In this document: piece after piece, positions 55,152-64,000 of the stretch
Position numbering within the stretch: position 1 is the first letter of the stretch
How the letters are laid out: each line of letters opens with the position of its first letter
Source: Pirellulales bacterium
GTDB taxonomy: Bacteria; Planctomycetota; Planctomycetia; Pirellulales; DATAWG01
Reading direction: 5' to 3'
Length of the DNA: 64,000 nt
NCBI GenBank assembly: GCA_963725485.1
Contig: CAVRYO010000006.1
Location: 2,573-66,572, forward strand
The notes under the pieces: model-generated
The model's input: only the letters and a program-made list of their open reading frames with translations
The model's database searches: none
What the model was told of the DNA's origin: nothing
Translations under genes and position numbers: made by a program

Positions 55152-56423
55152 TCAGCGCGAGCTACTAAATGTCAGGGCCGCTGGATGCTTTGGCTCGGGG
55201 GGCAAAGGAATGTCCTTGGCTGCGCTATCGGGATGGCGCGACAGGAGTTCGGTCAGTTGAAAGGCGTGGTACGGTTGGTCGGCGGCCGGCTTTGCGTCGG
55301 TGCTGGCGTTGGCCACCCAGAACTTCGTGCTGGCCGGAGCGAACAGGACGTTGTGCAGATTGCCATGGCCTGCGACGCCGCAGTCCATCAGATGCCGCGC
55401 GCTTTCGACGTCGAATTTTCCGTAGCCCGCCTCGGCCCGGCGGACGAGTTCATCGTAGCGCTTGCCGGCGGACAACAGCACGCAGTCCTTCACCGGCTTC
55501 GGCAGCAGTGGGTCGGCAATTCCGGGCGCCACGGTTTTCAATTTGTCGGGCGTGGCTTCGATTCCCACGGCCTTGTTCGAATTGCCATCGGCGATCACAT
55601 AGTAGTAATGGCAGGTGCGCGGATTGTCGCGCATCACGGCCACGGCCGCATCGAGATCACCGGCTTTTTGGAGCACTTCGCGGAGCAACAGCGCCATCGG
55701 CACGCCGGCCCAGTGGCCCATGCCGCCGCCCCCCATTTCGCCGATCGAAACGTGCTTCGCGTTCATGCCGGTCACGCAGCCGATGAATCCGGCGTACGTG
55801 ACATTGACAAACGGAATGCTGCCGGTCGGCTCGGCGACGATGAGCACGGCGTGCTCCTGCAAGTGCCAACCGACGGCATAGTCCAAGACCCGGCCGTGGT
55901 ACAGCGTGCCATCGGCGGTGGCGGAGTTCATCACGGCAAACCCGCTGCAATGGAACAGTTCGGGCAGAAAATTCCCTTGTTCGATTTCCTTCAGCGGAAC
56001 TCCTGAGCCGGCGGCGAGCCCTTCCATTTCGTCGAAGTAGCGTTGCGGCACGTAGGGCCGTTCGGTGAATAAGGCGGTGTCGATCAGGAACTTCGGTTTG
56101 ACCGTGATCCCGCTGATTTTGACCGTGGCGGTTTTCTTATCTTCAAGAATGTTGTGCAAATTCTCCTGGATCGAGTCTTTCAGCAGCGCGCCATGCTGAT
56201 AGCCCATCTCGTAGGCGGTTCCCTTCAGGTGCAGCACCGGATAGCCGTCGATTTTTTCGAGCCAACCCTGCCCGCAACGGGCGATCGTCTCGGCCGTCGC
56301 CACACGGCAAATCAGCAACGCCGTCGTCAAAAGCAGCAGCGCCACGCTGGCGACGCGGAGGCCGATTCGGTGATTCGAACTACTGAAAATTCGGTGCGCG
56401 ATTCGGCTTGAGATGCAACTCAC
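55152..56423 (-). CDS. C45-family Ntn peptidase/acyltransferase
   Basis: LHLKGTAYEMGYQHG, EMEGLA, HCSGF nucleophile, HGRVLDY, TGMN. Confidence 0.85.
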   Translation of the reverse strand: MSCISSRIAHRIFSSSNHRIGLRVASVALLLLTTALLICRVATAETIARCGQGWLEKIDGYPVLHLKGTAYEMGYQHGALLKDSIQENLHNILEDKKTATVKISGITVKPKFLIDTALFTERPYVPQRYFDEMEGLAAGSGVPLKEIEQGNFLPELFHCSGFAVMNSATADGTLYHGRVLDYAVGWHLQEHAVLIVAEPTGSIPFVNVTYAGFIGCVTGMNAKHVSIGEMGGGGMGHWAGVPMALLLREVLQKAGDLDAAVAVMRDNPRTCHYYYVIADGNSNKAVGIEATPDKLKTVAPGIADPLLPKPVKDCVLLSAGKRYDELVRRAEAGYGKFDVESARHLMDCGVAGHGNLHNVLFAPASTKFWVANASTDAKPAADQPYHAFQLTELLSRHPDSAAKDIPLPPEPKHPAALTFSSSR

Positions 56424-56613
56424 AGCATGTCTCCTTGTCGTGGGATTTTGGATGACATCGAGGGGAGAGGGCACAATGGTGCGCTTTCTAGCAGCACCCA
56501 ACAAGAGAAGCTGCCCGGCTCGCACCCTGTGCGAATCATTGTACCGCGTCCGATGGGCTGATCCCAACATAACTGTCGCCGAAAGCGCTTGCGTCGCCTC
56601 TGCTCGACGCCGC

Positions 56614-57405
56614 CTACTTCGTCGGCGAATAATCGGTCGGCGTGAGCAGGACCGACTTTACGCCGTCCTTGACGGTCAGCGAGCCGCCGGCCGCTTTTTC
56701 CGAGGCTTCCTTGGCGGCGATCCAATCGGGATCCGCGCGGAAGGCGTTAAAGCTTGCGGCGACTGCCTCTTTTGACTTGTGCGCCAGCATGTAAACCAGC
56801 GTGTCGTTGGCCCCTTTTTGATCCGGGTCGAGTTGGAAATAGGCGAAGTTCGTCATGCCCTGCTTGCTGAACAGGGCCATCGTGTGATCGCGAAACCGGG
56901 CGTGCAACCGCCCGAGATTGCCCGGCGTGCACGTATAAGTGCGCAGCTCGAAGACGCGCGGCTCTTTTTCGATCGCCGATTTGATTTCGGGCGAGAAATC
57001 GGTGGCATGCATGAATGTCGAATCGACGTGGGTCACGAGCTTGCCGTCTTTTTCTGAGGCGGCGAGCGCGGATTTCCAGTCGGGATCGGCCATGAAAGCG
57101 GCCCAGGACGTCTTTTGGGCCGCGCGGCTCGGGAAAGAAATGATGTAGTACAGCTTGTGTTCGGTGTTTTCCAACGGGACCCAATAGCCGACATTCGTAA
57201 TGCCGTGCTTTTCGAACAACTTGCATGTGTAATCGCGAAACCGGGCATGCAGGGCATCCAGCTTTCCTTCGCCCGCGGTATAAACCCGAAGCTCATAACA
57301 GCGAGTATCCTTCGCAGCGTCGGTGGCCGCAGCATCGGCAGCATAGAGGACGGAAAACGGCAGCAAGCTCAGCAAGGTTGCAGGAATGAGGTGGCAGTAG
57401 TGCAT
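56614..57405 (-). CDS. Tandem NIPSNAP domain protein
   Basis: Two YELR.Y...GKL..LHARFRD.T..LF.K.G repeats; signal peptide. Confidence 0.9.
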   Translation of the reverse strand: MHYCHLIPATLLSLLPFSVLYAADAAATDAAKDTRCYELRVYTAGEGKLDALHARFRDYTCKLFEKHGITNVGYWVPLENTEHKLYYIISFPSRAAQKTSWAAFMADPDWKSALAASEKDGKLVTHVDSTFMHATDFSPEIKSAIEKEPRVFELRTYTCTPGNLGRLHARFRDHTMALFSKQGMTNFAYFQLDPDQKGANDTLVYMLAHKSKEAVAASFNAFRADPDWIAAKEASEKAAGGSLTVKDGVKSVLLTPTDYSPTK

Positions 57406-57676
57406 GGGGAGTCGCTCGGGGATGCAGAGGAAGGGAACGCACAAATTGCTCGATCGAGGTGTCGAGCGGCGTGCCCCAAGTCTACCGTGAACCGAGCCGG
57501 CAAAACAGAAAAAAACGCTATCCTGCAAGTGTTCGACCCCATCTCGCCAAAACTTGGCCTGAACGCTGTGAAGCCGCTACCCTAGGCGAAGCCATGCGCG
57601 AACCCTAGAATCGTCCTCTGCGGTACGTTGCTAACGGCTGAATGGGGCGCGATTCATTCCTTTGGTGAGGTGTGCA

Positions 57677-58160
57677 ATGCTGCGGCGTGAAATCTGCCTG
57701 TCGCTGGGTTTGATTTTCGTTCTTTTTCTGATGGAGGCTCCCGTGAGCGCAAGAGCGTAAGGCCGAAGTTGCTTTCCCGAAGCTTCCGGCTGGCGCGGGC
57801 AAACTGGATCGCGATGCGCCGAAAGAGTTCACGACCACTCCCTCGGGCCTCAAGTATCGCGTACTTCGCAAAGGGACGGGCGCCGCGCCGAAGGCGACCA
57901 ATACCGTGAAGGTGAATTACCACGGTTGGCTGAACAACGGCAAAGTGTTCGACAGTTCTTACGAACGCAAGCAGGCGATTTCTTTCCCGTTAAACCAGGT
58001 GATCCCCGGCTGGACCGAAGGAATGCAGAAGGTCGGCGCCGGCGGAATGATCGAGCTGGAGATTCCAGCGAACCTGGCCTATGGCGACCGAGGAGCCGGC
58101 GAATCCGTGCCGCCCAACGCCACGCTCCACTTCCTGGTCGAGCTGCTGGAAGTGAACTGA
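57677..58160 (+). CDS. FKBP-type peptidyl-prolyl cis-trans isomerase (frameshift in 5' part)
   Basis: TPSGLKY, VNYHGWL..G.VFDSSY, VIPGWTEG, IPANLAYG, PPNATLHF.VELL. Confidence 0.92.
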
Positions 58161-58212
58161 AGCTGGCGGGCACTCGGTAAGCGTGCTGCGCTGTTAGCGT
58201 TCGCCCTTCGAT

Positions 58213-59082
58213 TTATGGTCTTGCCAGACTGCGTTGGCTGGAGGGTGACGACGAGCCACTGCTGGCGTACGGATTGTAGTGCGGGTCGCTCTCGTGCAGG
58301 TTGTCGTGGAGCGAGCGAAGTTCTTCGAGCGACCAACTGTCGATTTGCCATTGCGGTAACAGGCTGGCCGCGTGATTCGGCCCGCGCAAATGTTGGAGCA
58401 CTTCCTCGCGCGTCGGATTCCAATCGCCGTTGACCGACCAATGATTGCCACGGAGTGGATAATGGCCCGTCGTCTCGACCGTGGCTGCCTCCAGGACCGG
58501 CGCTGTCGGTCGTTCGTCGACGCCTTTGATCAGCCAGGAAAAGGTCCAGGCATCCAGTGGCGTGGTGCAGCCCGACTTGAACGAACGGACAATTTTGCCA
58601 TGGTTGATGCAGCAGACCGCCGGATATTCTTGGATCTGGAGTTCTTTCGCCAGCTCGGGGACTAGCCGGCGATCGACGACTTGAACATCGTTGTCGGCCC
58701 CTTCGCCGATCAACCAGCCGGCCGCTTTCATCGTTTCGAATTCGCCGTCGGGTTTCGCGAGCCGGGCAAGTTCCGCGTTCGATTTGTCGCTGGCTTTATC
58801 GGTGATGAACAACGCCCGCGGATTTCGCGGCTGCTCACCATGCATCCGACCGAGATTTTCCTGATTCGGATCGGGTCGTTTGGGGCCGTCGGCTTTTTGT
58901 GAAGTATTTGTACTGGCCGGTGGCGACAGCGGCGACGATCCGAAAGAGGAAGAAGGCGTATCGAGGAACTTTGTTTCGTTCCTAACGACCGGTTCGTCGG
59001 CTCGAATTCGCGCATGCGCCAGAATCGATAATCCGGCGGCGGCAACAAGCGACCACAGCGCTGGCCTTACAAAACGAGACAT
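58213..59082 (-). CDS. Hypothetical exported protein
   Basis: Signal peptide; thioredoxin-like middle segment and C-terminal HL...H...L.SLHDNLH motif. Confidence 0.65.
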   Translation of the reverse strand: MSRFVRPALWSLVAAAGLSILAHARIRADEPVVRNETKFLDTPSSSFGSSPLSPPASTNTSQKADGPKRPDPNQENLGRMHGEQPRNPRALFITDKASDKSNAELARLAKPDGEFETMKAAGWLIGEGADNDVQVVDRRLVPELAKELQIQEYPAVCCINHGKIVRSFKSGCTTPLDAWTFSWLIKGVDERPTAPVLEAATVETTGHYPLRGNHWSVNGDWNPTREEVLQHLRGPNHAASLLPQWQIDSWSLEELRSLHDNLHESDPHYNPYASSGSSSPSSQRSLARP

Positions 59083-59502
59083 GCCCAAAAACTCCCGGCT
59101 GATTTCGAAGAGACGTTCTGAAGTGGCAAATGGGGCAAATCTTGCGCGATGGTGTCAGCCTGATTGCGGCGATGCCCTAAACCCTGTTTTTCGCCGACAC
59201 TTATCTCCGCTTGAATTCTAGATTCCGAAATTGGGCACTAGGAATTCTGCCCGATTGCTAGGCAATGTCGACAGTATTTCTTGGCAGATGCCGACATCGC
59301 GCGTGCACGCCGTTTGCGTCGCGAAAATACCCTCTTTTTGATGAGAGATCCTGCGCCGGAACTCGGCAAAACTTCGGGTTCAGCCGCATCGAGCGTTTCC
59401 GTCGAGCGATTCGCACTGGAGGAACACGTCGAATTTGCCGATTCTAAAACTTGTATGGCCTGTAGCGATTCTCGGGGCCATTTAGCCTGGGGGGGCTGCT
59501 TC

Positions 59503-61392
59503 ATGCGCGATTTGCAACAAAAGAAAGCATTGATTACCGGCGCGGGTTCGGGGATCGGACGTGCCATCGCCTTGGCCCTGGCGGCCGAAGGAACGCACGT
59601 CTACCTGCTCGATATCAACGAGACGGCCGCCAATGCGGTTGCCGACGACGCTCGGAAATCTCGCGTGCAAGCCGTTGCCGCCCGCTGCGACGTCGCCGAG
59701 CCGGACCAGATTTCCGCCGCGATTCGGCTGCTGCTCGACCGCTGGGGTGCGATCGACATCTTGGTCAATGGCGCCGGGGTGGCCTACTATGGCCCGACCG
59801 ACAACATGACGGCCGCGCAATGGGATTGGCTGCTCAAGATCAATCTGCTGGCCCCGATCCAATTCACGCGCGAGCTCCTGCCGACGCTGCTTGCTCAGCC
59901 TGAGGGGCACATCCTGAACGTTTGCAGCATCGCCGGGCTGGTCGCCGGCGGGCGGTCGGCGGCGTACCAGGTCAGCAAGTTCGGCCTCGTCGGATTCACC
60001 GAGGCGCTGCGATCGGAATACGTCCGCCGCGGCGTGGGCCTGACGGCCCTTTGTCCTGGTCCGGTGCAAACGAACTTGTATCGCGCCGCCATCAGCGGAC
60101 GTCCCGATCGCCCGGTCCCCGAACCGCCGGCCTGGATTTGCGCCTCGCCGGAACAAGTCGCCCGCAAAGCAATTCGCGGCATCCAAAGAAATAGTGCGGT
60201 GGTGCTGGTGACACCGTTGGCGTATGTCTTGGCTTATGCCAAACGGCTTGCCCCTGGACTGCTCGATCGATTGAATTGCGCTGGCCGGCGCAAACGGCCG
60301 GCGACTCCTCCGGCAGTTCCACAACTGCGACTCGCGGATTTGCCGACACTCAGCTTCGCCGAGGCAACCGCCGCGTCCCGGGCCAATTCCTCTTCGAATC
60401 GCGCAGCGCAGTGGAAGAAATTGGAACGAGAATCCTTATATTTCGACAGCCGCGGAGCCCGTTGCGAAGCGCTGTTGATGCGTCCGGACTCGCACGAGGA
60501 ATCCACGCCGCTGGTCGTGATGGCGCATGGCTTCGCCGCCGAGAAGAGCTTCGGGCTGCAACCCTACGCGGACCATTTTGTCCGCCGTGGCTTAGCGGTC
60601 ATGATGTTCGACTATCGCCATTTCGGCGGCAGCGAGGGCATGCCTCGCAATTTGGTTAGCCATCGCCGGCAACGGCAGGATTGGCAAGCCGCTCTCGATT
60701 TTGCAGGCAATCTGCCTGGCATCGACGCCTCGCGCATCGCACTATGGGGAACGTCGTTCAGCGGCGGTCACGTGCTCGATTGCGCCGCCCGGAATTCGAA
60801 CGTCGCCGCCGTCGTGGCCCAGGTGCCGATGCTCGATGTGCCCGGATCGCTCCGTGGCTATCGGACGCGCTATTTCACGCAGGCGATCCTGCACGGTGCG
60901 CGTGACTTGCTCCGTGCGGCCGTGTTTCGTTCGCCCCATTACGTGCCCGTGGTGGGCTCGAATCACAAATTTGCGGTGATGAACAAGCCGGGTTGCGAGA
61001 GCGGATATCGTCGCCTGGTCCCGGAAACTGCGGATTGGCGCAACTCCGTGCCCGCCAGGGCCGTGCTGACGTCGCTGTTGAACCGGCCGATCCGGCGGGC
61101 AGGACAGGTCACTTGCCCGACGTTGTTCGTTGTGGCCGAACAGGATCAGTTGGCGCCGCGGCGCGTCGTGCGCAAGGCGGCTGCCCGGATGTCCGATGTC
61201 AAGGTCGTCACGCTGCCGGGGGATCACTTCGCGCCCTATTTCGACGAATCCTTTGAGTCGGCCGTCGAGCAGGAAGCAGATTTCTTGGAAGGCTGCCTGA
61301 TCAAAGCCGTCACTTGGTCGATCGCTGCCGGCCGAGATACCGAATCGGGCGATTCGGAAGATCGCCCGGCGACCAAGAATCGGATCGCCTAA
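59503..61392 (+). CDS. SDR oxidoreductase followed in frame by alpha/beta hydrolase (fusion, or two genes merged by an indel)
   Basis: TGAGSGIG, YQVSK; then VMAHGF, FDYRHFGGSEG, WGTSFSGG, GDHF. Confidence 0.8.
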   Translation: MRDLQQKKALITGAGSGIGRAIALALAAEGTHVYLLDINETAANAVADDARKSRVQAVAARCDVAEPDQISAAIRLLLDRWGAIDILVNGAGVAYYGPTDNMTAAQWDWLLKINLLAPIQFTRELLPTLLAQPEGHILNVCSIAGLVAGGRSAAYQVSKFGLVGFTEALRSEYVRRGVGLTALCPGPVQTNLYRAAISGRPDRPVPEPPAWICASPEQVARKAIRGIQRNSAVVLVTPLAYVLAYAKRLAPGLLDRLNCAGRRKRPATPPAVPQLRLADLPTLSFAEATAASRANSSSNRAAQWKKLERESLYFDSRGARCEALLMRPDSHEESTPLVVMAHGFAAEKSFGLQPYADHFVRRGLAVMMFDYRHFGGSEGMPRNLVSHRRQRQDWQAALDFAGNLPGIDASRIALWGTSFSGGHVLDCAARNSNVAAVVAQVPMLDVPGSLRGYRTRYFTQAILHGARDLLRAAVFRSPHYVPVVGSNHKFAVMNKPGCESGYRRLVPETADWRNSVPARAVLTSLLNRPIRRAGQVTCPTLFVVAEQDQLAPRRVVRKAAARMSDVKVVTLPGDHFAPYFDESFESAVEQEADFLEGCLIKAVTWSIAAGRDTESGDSEDRPATKNRIA

Positions 61393-61546
61393 CGCCAGCT
61401 CCGTGGCGCTATATCGCGAATTGAGCATCAGCGCGCATGAGGCCGCGGGCCGGCATTCTCTAGACATTGCGCCTGGCTTGGCCCACAATCGGGCCTATCG
61501 AAGGTGCGCGATTCGCGCCTTGATGCGGGAAGCATGCGGATAGGCG

Positions 61547-61689
61547 CAGTGCTTTGTCAACGCTTGATTCTGGGATTGTGTGCCACTGGCTTTGCCAGTG
61601 ATTTCGGAATTCTTGCCTTGATCGTTCAGCAACGAAGAACACTGGCAAAGCCAGTGGCACCCTAAATTAAAGCTGTGACAATGCACTAG
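61547..61689. repeat. MITE/REP-doublet element, copy 2
   Basis: Near-identical to 35920-36065. Confidence 0.8.
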
Positions 61690-61799
61690 TCGCGTTCTGG
61701 CTCTGTTTTTACCCGCATATTTCTCGATCGTGTCTCTCCGTTGAACTGCCGACCTCCCGCCGGGTAATCGCAAGATTTTCAAAAAAAGGATCTGAGTTC

Positions 61800-62702
61800 A
61801 TGGCTCAATCGACCACATTGGGCGGCATCGTTCCGCCGATTTTGACTCCGACCGACCGACATGAAAGTGTTGACGAACCGGCGCTGCGGCGCTCGATCGA
61901 CTGGCTGCTCGCCGCCGGCGTGAACGGCTTGTTCGTGGGGGGCTCGGCCGGCGAAGGGCCGTTGCTCGTGGAACGCGAATGGACGCGGCTGGCCGAGATC
62001 GCGCTGGATCAGGCTGGCTCCCGCGTGCCGGTCCTCATCGGTGTGCAAGACACTTCGACGCGCAAAGTGCTCGACAAAGTGCGCCGGGCGCGCGAAATAG
62101 GCTACCACTATTACGTGCTTACGCCCACGTTCTACAATCCCTGCCGCTCGGCCGGCGAACAGTTGCGGCTTTACGGCGCATGTGTCGACGCGGCCGCGCC
62201 GATGGAATTGGTGGCCTACAACATCCCGCAACTGACTTCGTCGAGCGTATCCGTCGACACATTCTGCGAATTGGCTCGCCGCGGCTGGATTCGCTATTGC
62301 AAGGAAAGCTCGGGCGATTTGCCGTTCGTACGGGACTTGGTAAATCGCGGCAAAGATGTCGGGCTGGAAGTCCTAATGGGGGACGAGGCGAACGCCGCCG
62401 CCGGTTTGCTGGCCGGAGCCAAGGGCCTTGTGAATTTGTGCATCAACGTCGAGCCGGCGACGTATCTGCAATTGTTCGCGGCCGTGCAGGACGGCGACCA
62501 GGCAACGATCGACCGCTGCCAATCGCGCATCAACGCCCTCGTGCAAAACCTGGCGCTCGCCACGCCGAGCTTTGTTGCCGGGCCGAAATATTTGTTGGGC
62601 AAGCGCGGGATGGGTTCCGGCCGTCCTTTATCGCCGCAGGAGCCGGTGGACGAAACCGCGGCGAGAAAGATCGATGCGTTCATGGCTGCGACAAACCCAT
62701 GA
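61800..62702 (+). CDS. Dihydrodipicolinate synthase/aldolase family protein
   Basis: GIVPPILTP, GGSAGE, YNIP, KESSGD. Confidence 0.9.
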   Translation: MAQSTTLGGIVPPILTPTDRHESVDEPALRRSIDWLLAAGVNGLFVGGSAGEGPLLVEREWTRLAEIALDQAGSRVPVLIGVQDTSTRKVLDKVRRAREIGYHYYVLTPTFYNPCRSAGEQLRLYGACVDAAAPMELVAYNIPQLTSSSVSVDTFCELARRGWIRYCKESSGDLPFVRDLVNRGKDVGLEVLMGDEANAAAGLLAGAKGLVNLCINVEPATYLQLFAAVQDGDQATIDRCQSRINALVQNLALATPSFVAGPKYLLGKRGMGSGRPLSPQEPVDETAARKIDAFMAATNP

Positions 62703-62753
62703 AAGAGTTTGCCATCCGGGATGAAGCTGATGGAGCGCCGATCGATCGTGCTA

Positions 62754-62794
62754 CCCCTCACCCCCGGCCCCTCTCCCGCAAGGGGCGAGGGGGA
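62754..62794. repeat. REP-like palindrome
   Basis: CCCCTCACCCCCGGCCCCTCTCCCGCAAGGGGCGAGGGG intergenic hairpin. Confidence 0.55.
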
Positions 62795-62873
62795 GTACGT
62801 CTCCTGCTCGCCTGACGGGCTTGGAAATAGGAAGAAGGCCGAGAATCGTCTCTGCTTTGCGAAGGAAGCTCCT

Positions 62874-64000
62874 ATGAAGATCCAACTTGCTTTGCTGGCT
62901 CTCGCACTCGTCGCGACGGATGTTCGTGCCGAGGAAACAGTCTGGATCGAGGCCGAGCATCTCCAGGGCGTGCAAGGCTATTGCTGGCCGGCCGGACCGA
63001 ATCCGAAAACCGACGGCCACTGGGGCATCTCCGGGCCGGGCTGGGCCGCCGAATGGACTCAAGGAGGCGAAAGTAATTTTCAATCGATCGCTTGCGGGCC
63101 CGACGACGACAAGGCGATAGCAGGTACGGATGTCGAGATGCCTGTGGCCAGCAACTATTTTGTCTGGGTCCGCTTTCGCGACAATCGCGGCGCCACCAGC
63201 CGGTTCCAAGTTCGGCTCACGCCACCTGGCGCCAGCCGATCTTGCTTACGTACGGTACGCATCCGGTGGTCGAAGAAGACAACGTGATGAAGCTCTACTG
63301 GAATTGGGCGTTCGCCTGGGAACAGCACGAGGCATCGCTTCCCGCAGGCAAATGCCGATTGGATTTGCTCTCGGCATTCAAGGAGAAGGAATGCCGGCAG
63401 ATCGATTGCATCGTGCTGACGACCGACAAGACGTATCGCCCGCTCATCAAAGAACGGCCGGCCCACCCGACCGTCGAGTTGTTGAACACGTATGGCAAAG
63501 GAATCGATCCCGCGCTAGAGCCGCTGGCGCGTCGAACCGGAGATTTCGCAGTTCCTGCCGTCTGGAAGCCGAAGACATTTCGCGACAAGGGTTTTCTTTA
63601 TCTTTGGAACATCAACGATATGCACTGGGCGTCGGCAGACCCCAAGCGGGTGCCGTTTCCCTACAACATCGGCGACAAGGAAACTCGCGAAGCCTTCGAA
63701 AAAAAATATGCCGGCGCAACATCGGTGCCGATCTTCTCCGATCCGCGCGTTGTCCCGGCGTTTTATGGCGCCGGCCCGCTGGCGCTGGCGACCGACGCGA
63801 AGGAGCCCGAAAAGAAGCGCGACGCGGTCAATCTCATCCATTGGCTCGAGACCCATCCCGACCGGCCGTGGGCATTGATGATGAACTATGCGCCGGACAC
63901 GCCTGTTTCACCGGCGGCCCGCGACAATTTTCTCAAATACCGCGATCGGTTCGTGGGGAACATCGCCGGCGAAAGCCTCGGGTACTTTACGGTAAAGCCG
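62874..64000 (+). CDS. Large exported hypothetical protein, possibly carbohydrate-active (runs off window; frameshifted)
   Basis: Signal peptide, VWIEAE CBM-like start, IDCIVLT. Confidence 0.65.

Noticed and set aside
59281-61392. Novel SDR-alpha/beta hydrolase fusion
   Set aside because: The linker looks like a natural C-terminus (...NRAA) followed by a TTG start at ~60421. Given the indel rate, the fusion cannot be supported without polishing.
1-64000. CRISPR array or cas operon (prompted by the Cas4-like domain)
   Set aside because: I found no regularly spaced direct repeats with spacers and no cas1/cas2 motifs.

Overview
GC-rich bacterial DNA, most consistent with a planctomycete (PVC-type CxxCH heme protein, PEP-CTERM protein, planctomycete-style secretin-N-like and REP elements). 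Many genes, including housekeeping ones (zwf, opcA, glgP, pilT), are split by 1-bp indels, which suggests long-read error rather than true pseudogenes. Layout: (1) 1-16.9 kb is a mosaic phage-derived island. It carries ParB-DNA methylase, HNH, P27 terS and terL but no portal or capsid genes, plus cargo (Cas4/RecB-RNaseH-IS66 fusion, GIY-YIG protein, PEP-CTERM protein, IS1 remnant). Its right edge abuts a 5'-truncated dprA at a short palindrome. (2) 17.5-28 kb holds core genes, interrupted by a complete 1,920-bp IS1-family element (18-bp IRs, 8-bp TSD) that carries a HigA/XRE passenger. (3) 28.5-32.4 kb is a small integrase-less island next to tRNA-Arg(TCT). (4) 32.6-64 kb holds chromosomal genes, including a radical SAM-Ycf46 AAA-DUF1257-DUF2997-pseudo signal peptidase-TPR-PilT operon. 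The most notable pattern is a recurring unit, [CsrA-like small gene]-[variable cargo]-[conserved ~60-nt hairpin leader covering the RBS]-[ParB start], seen several times in both islands. All family assignments are from motif recognition only; no database searches were run.
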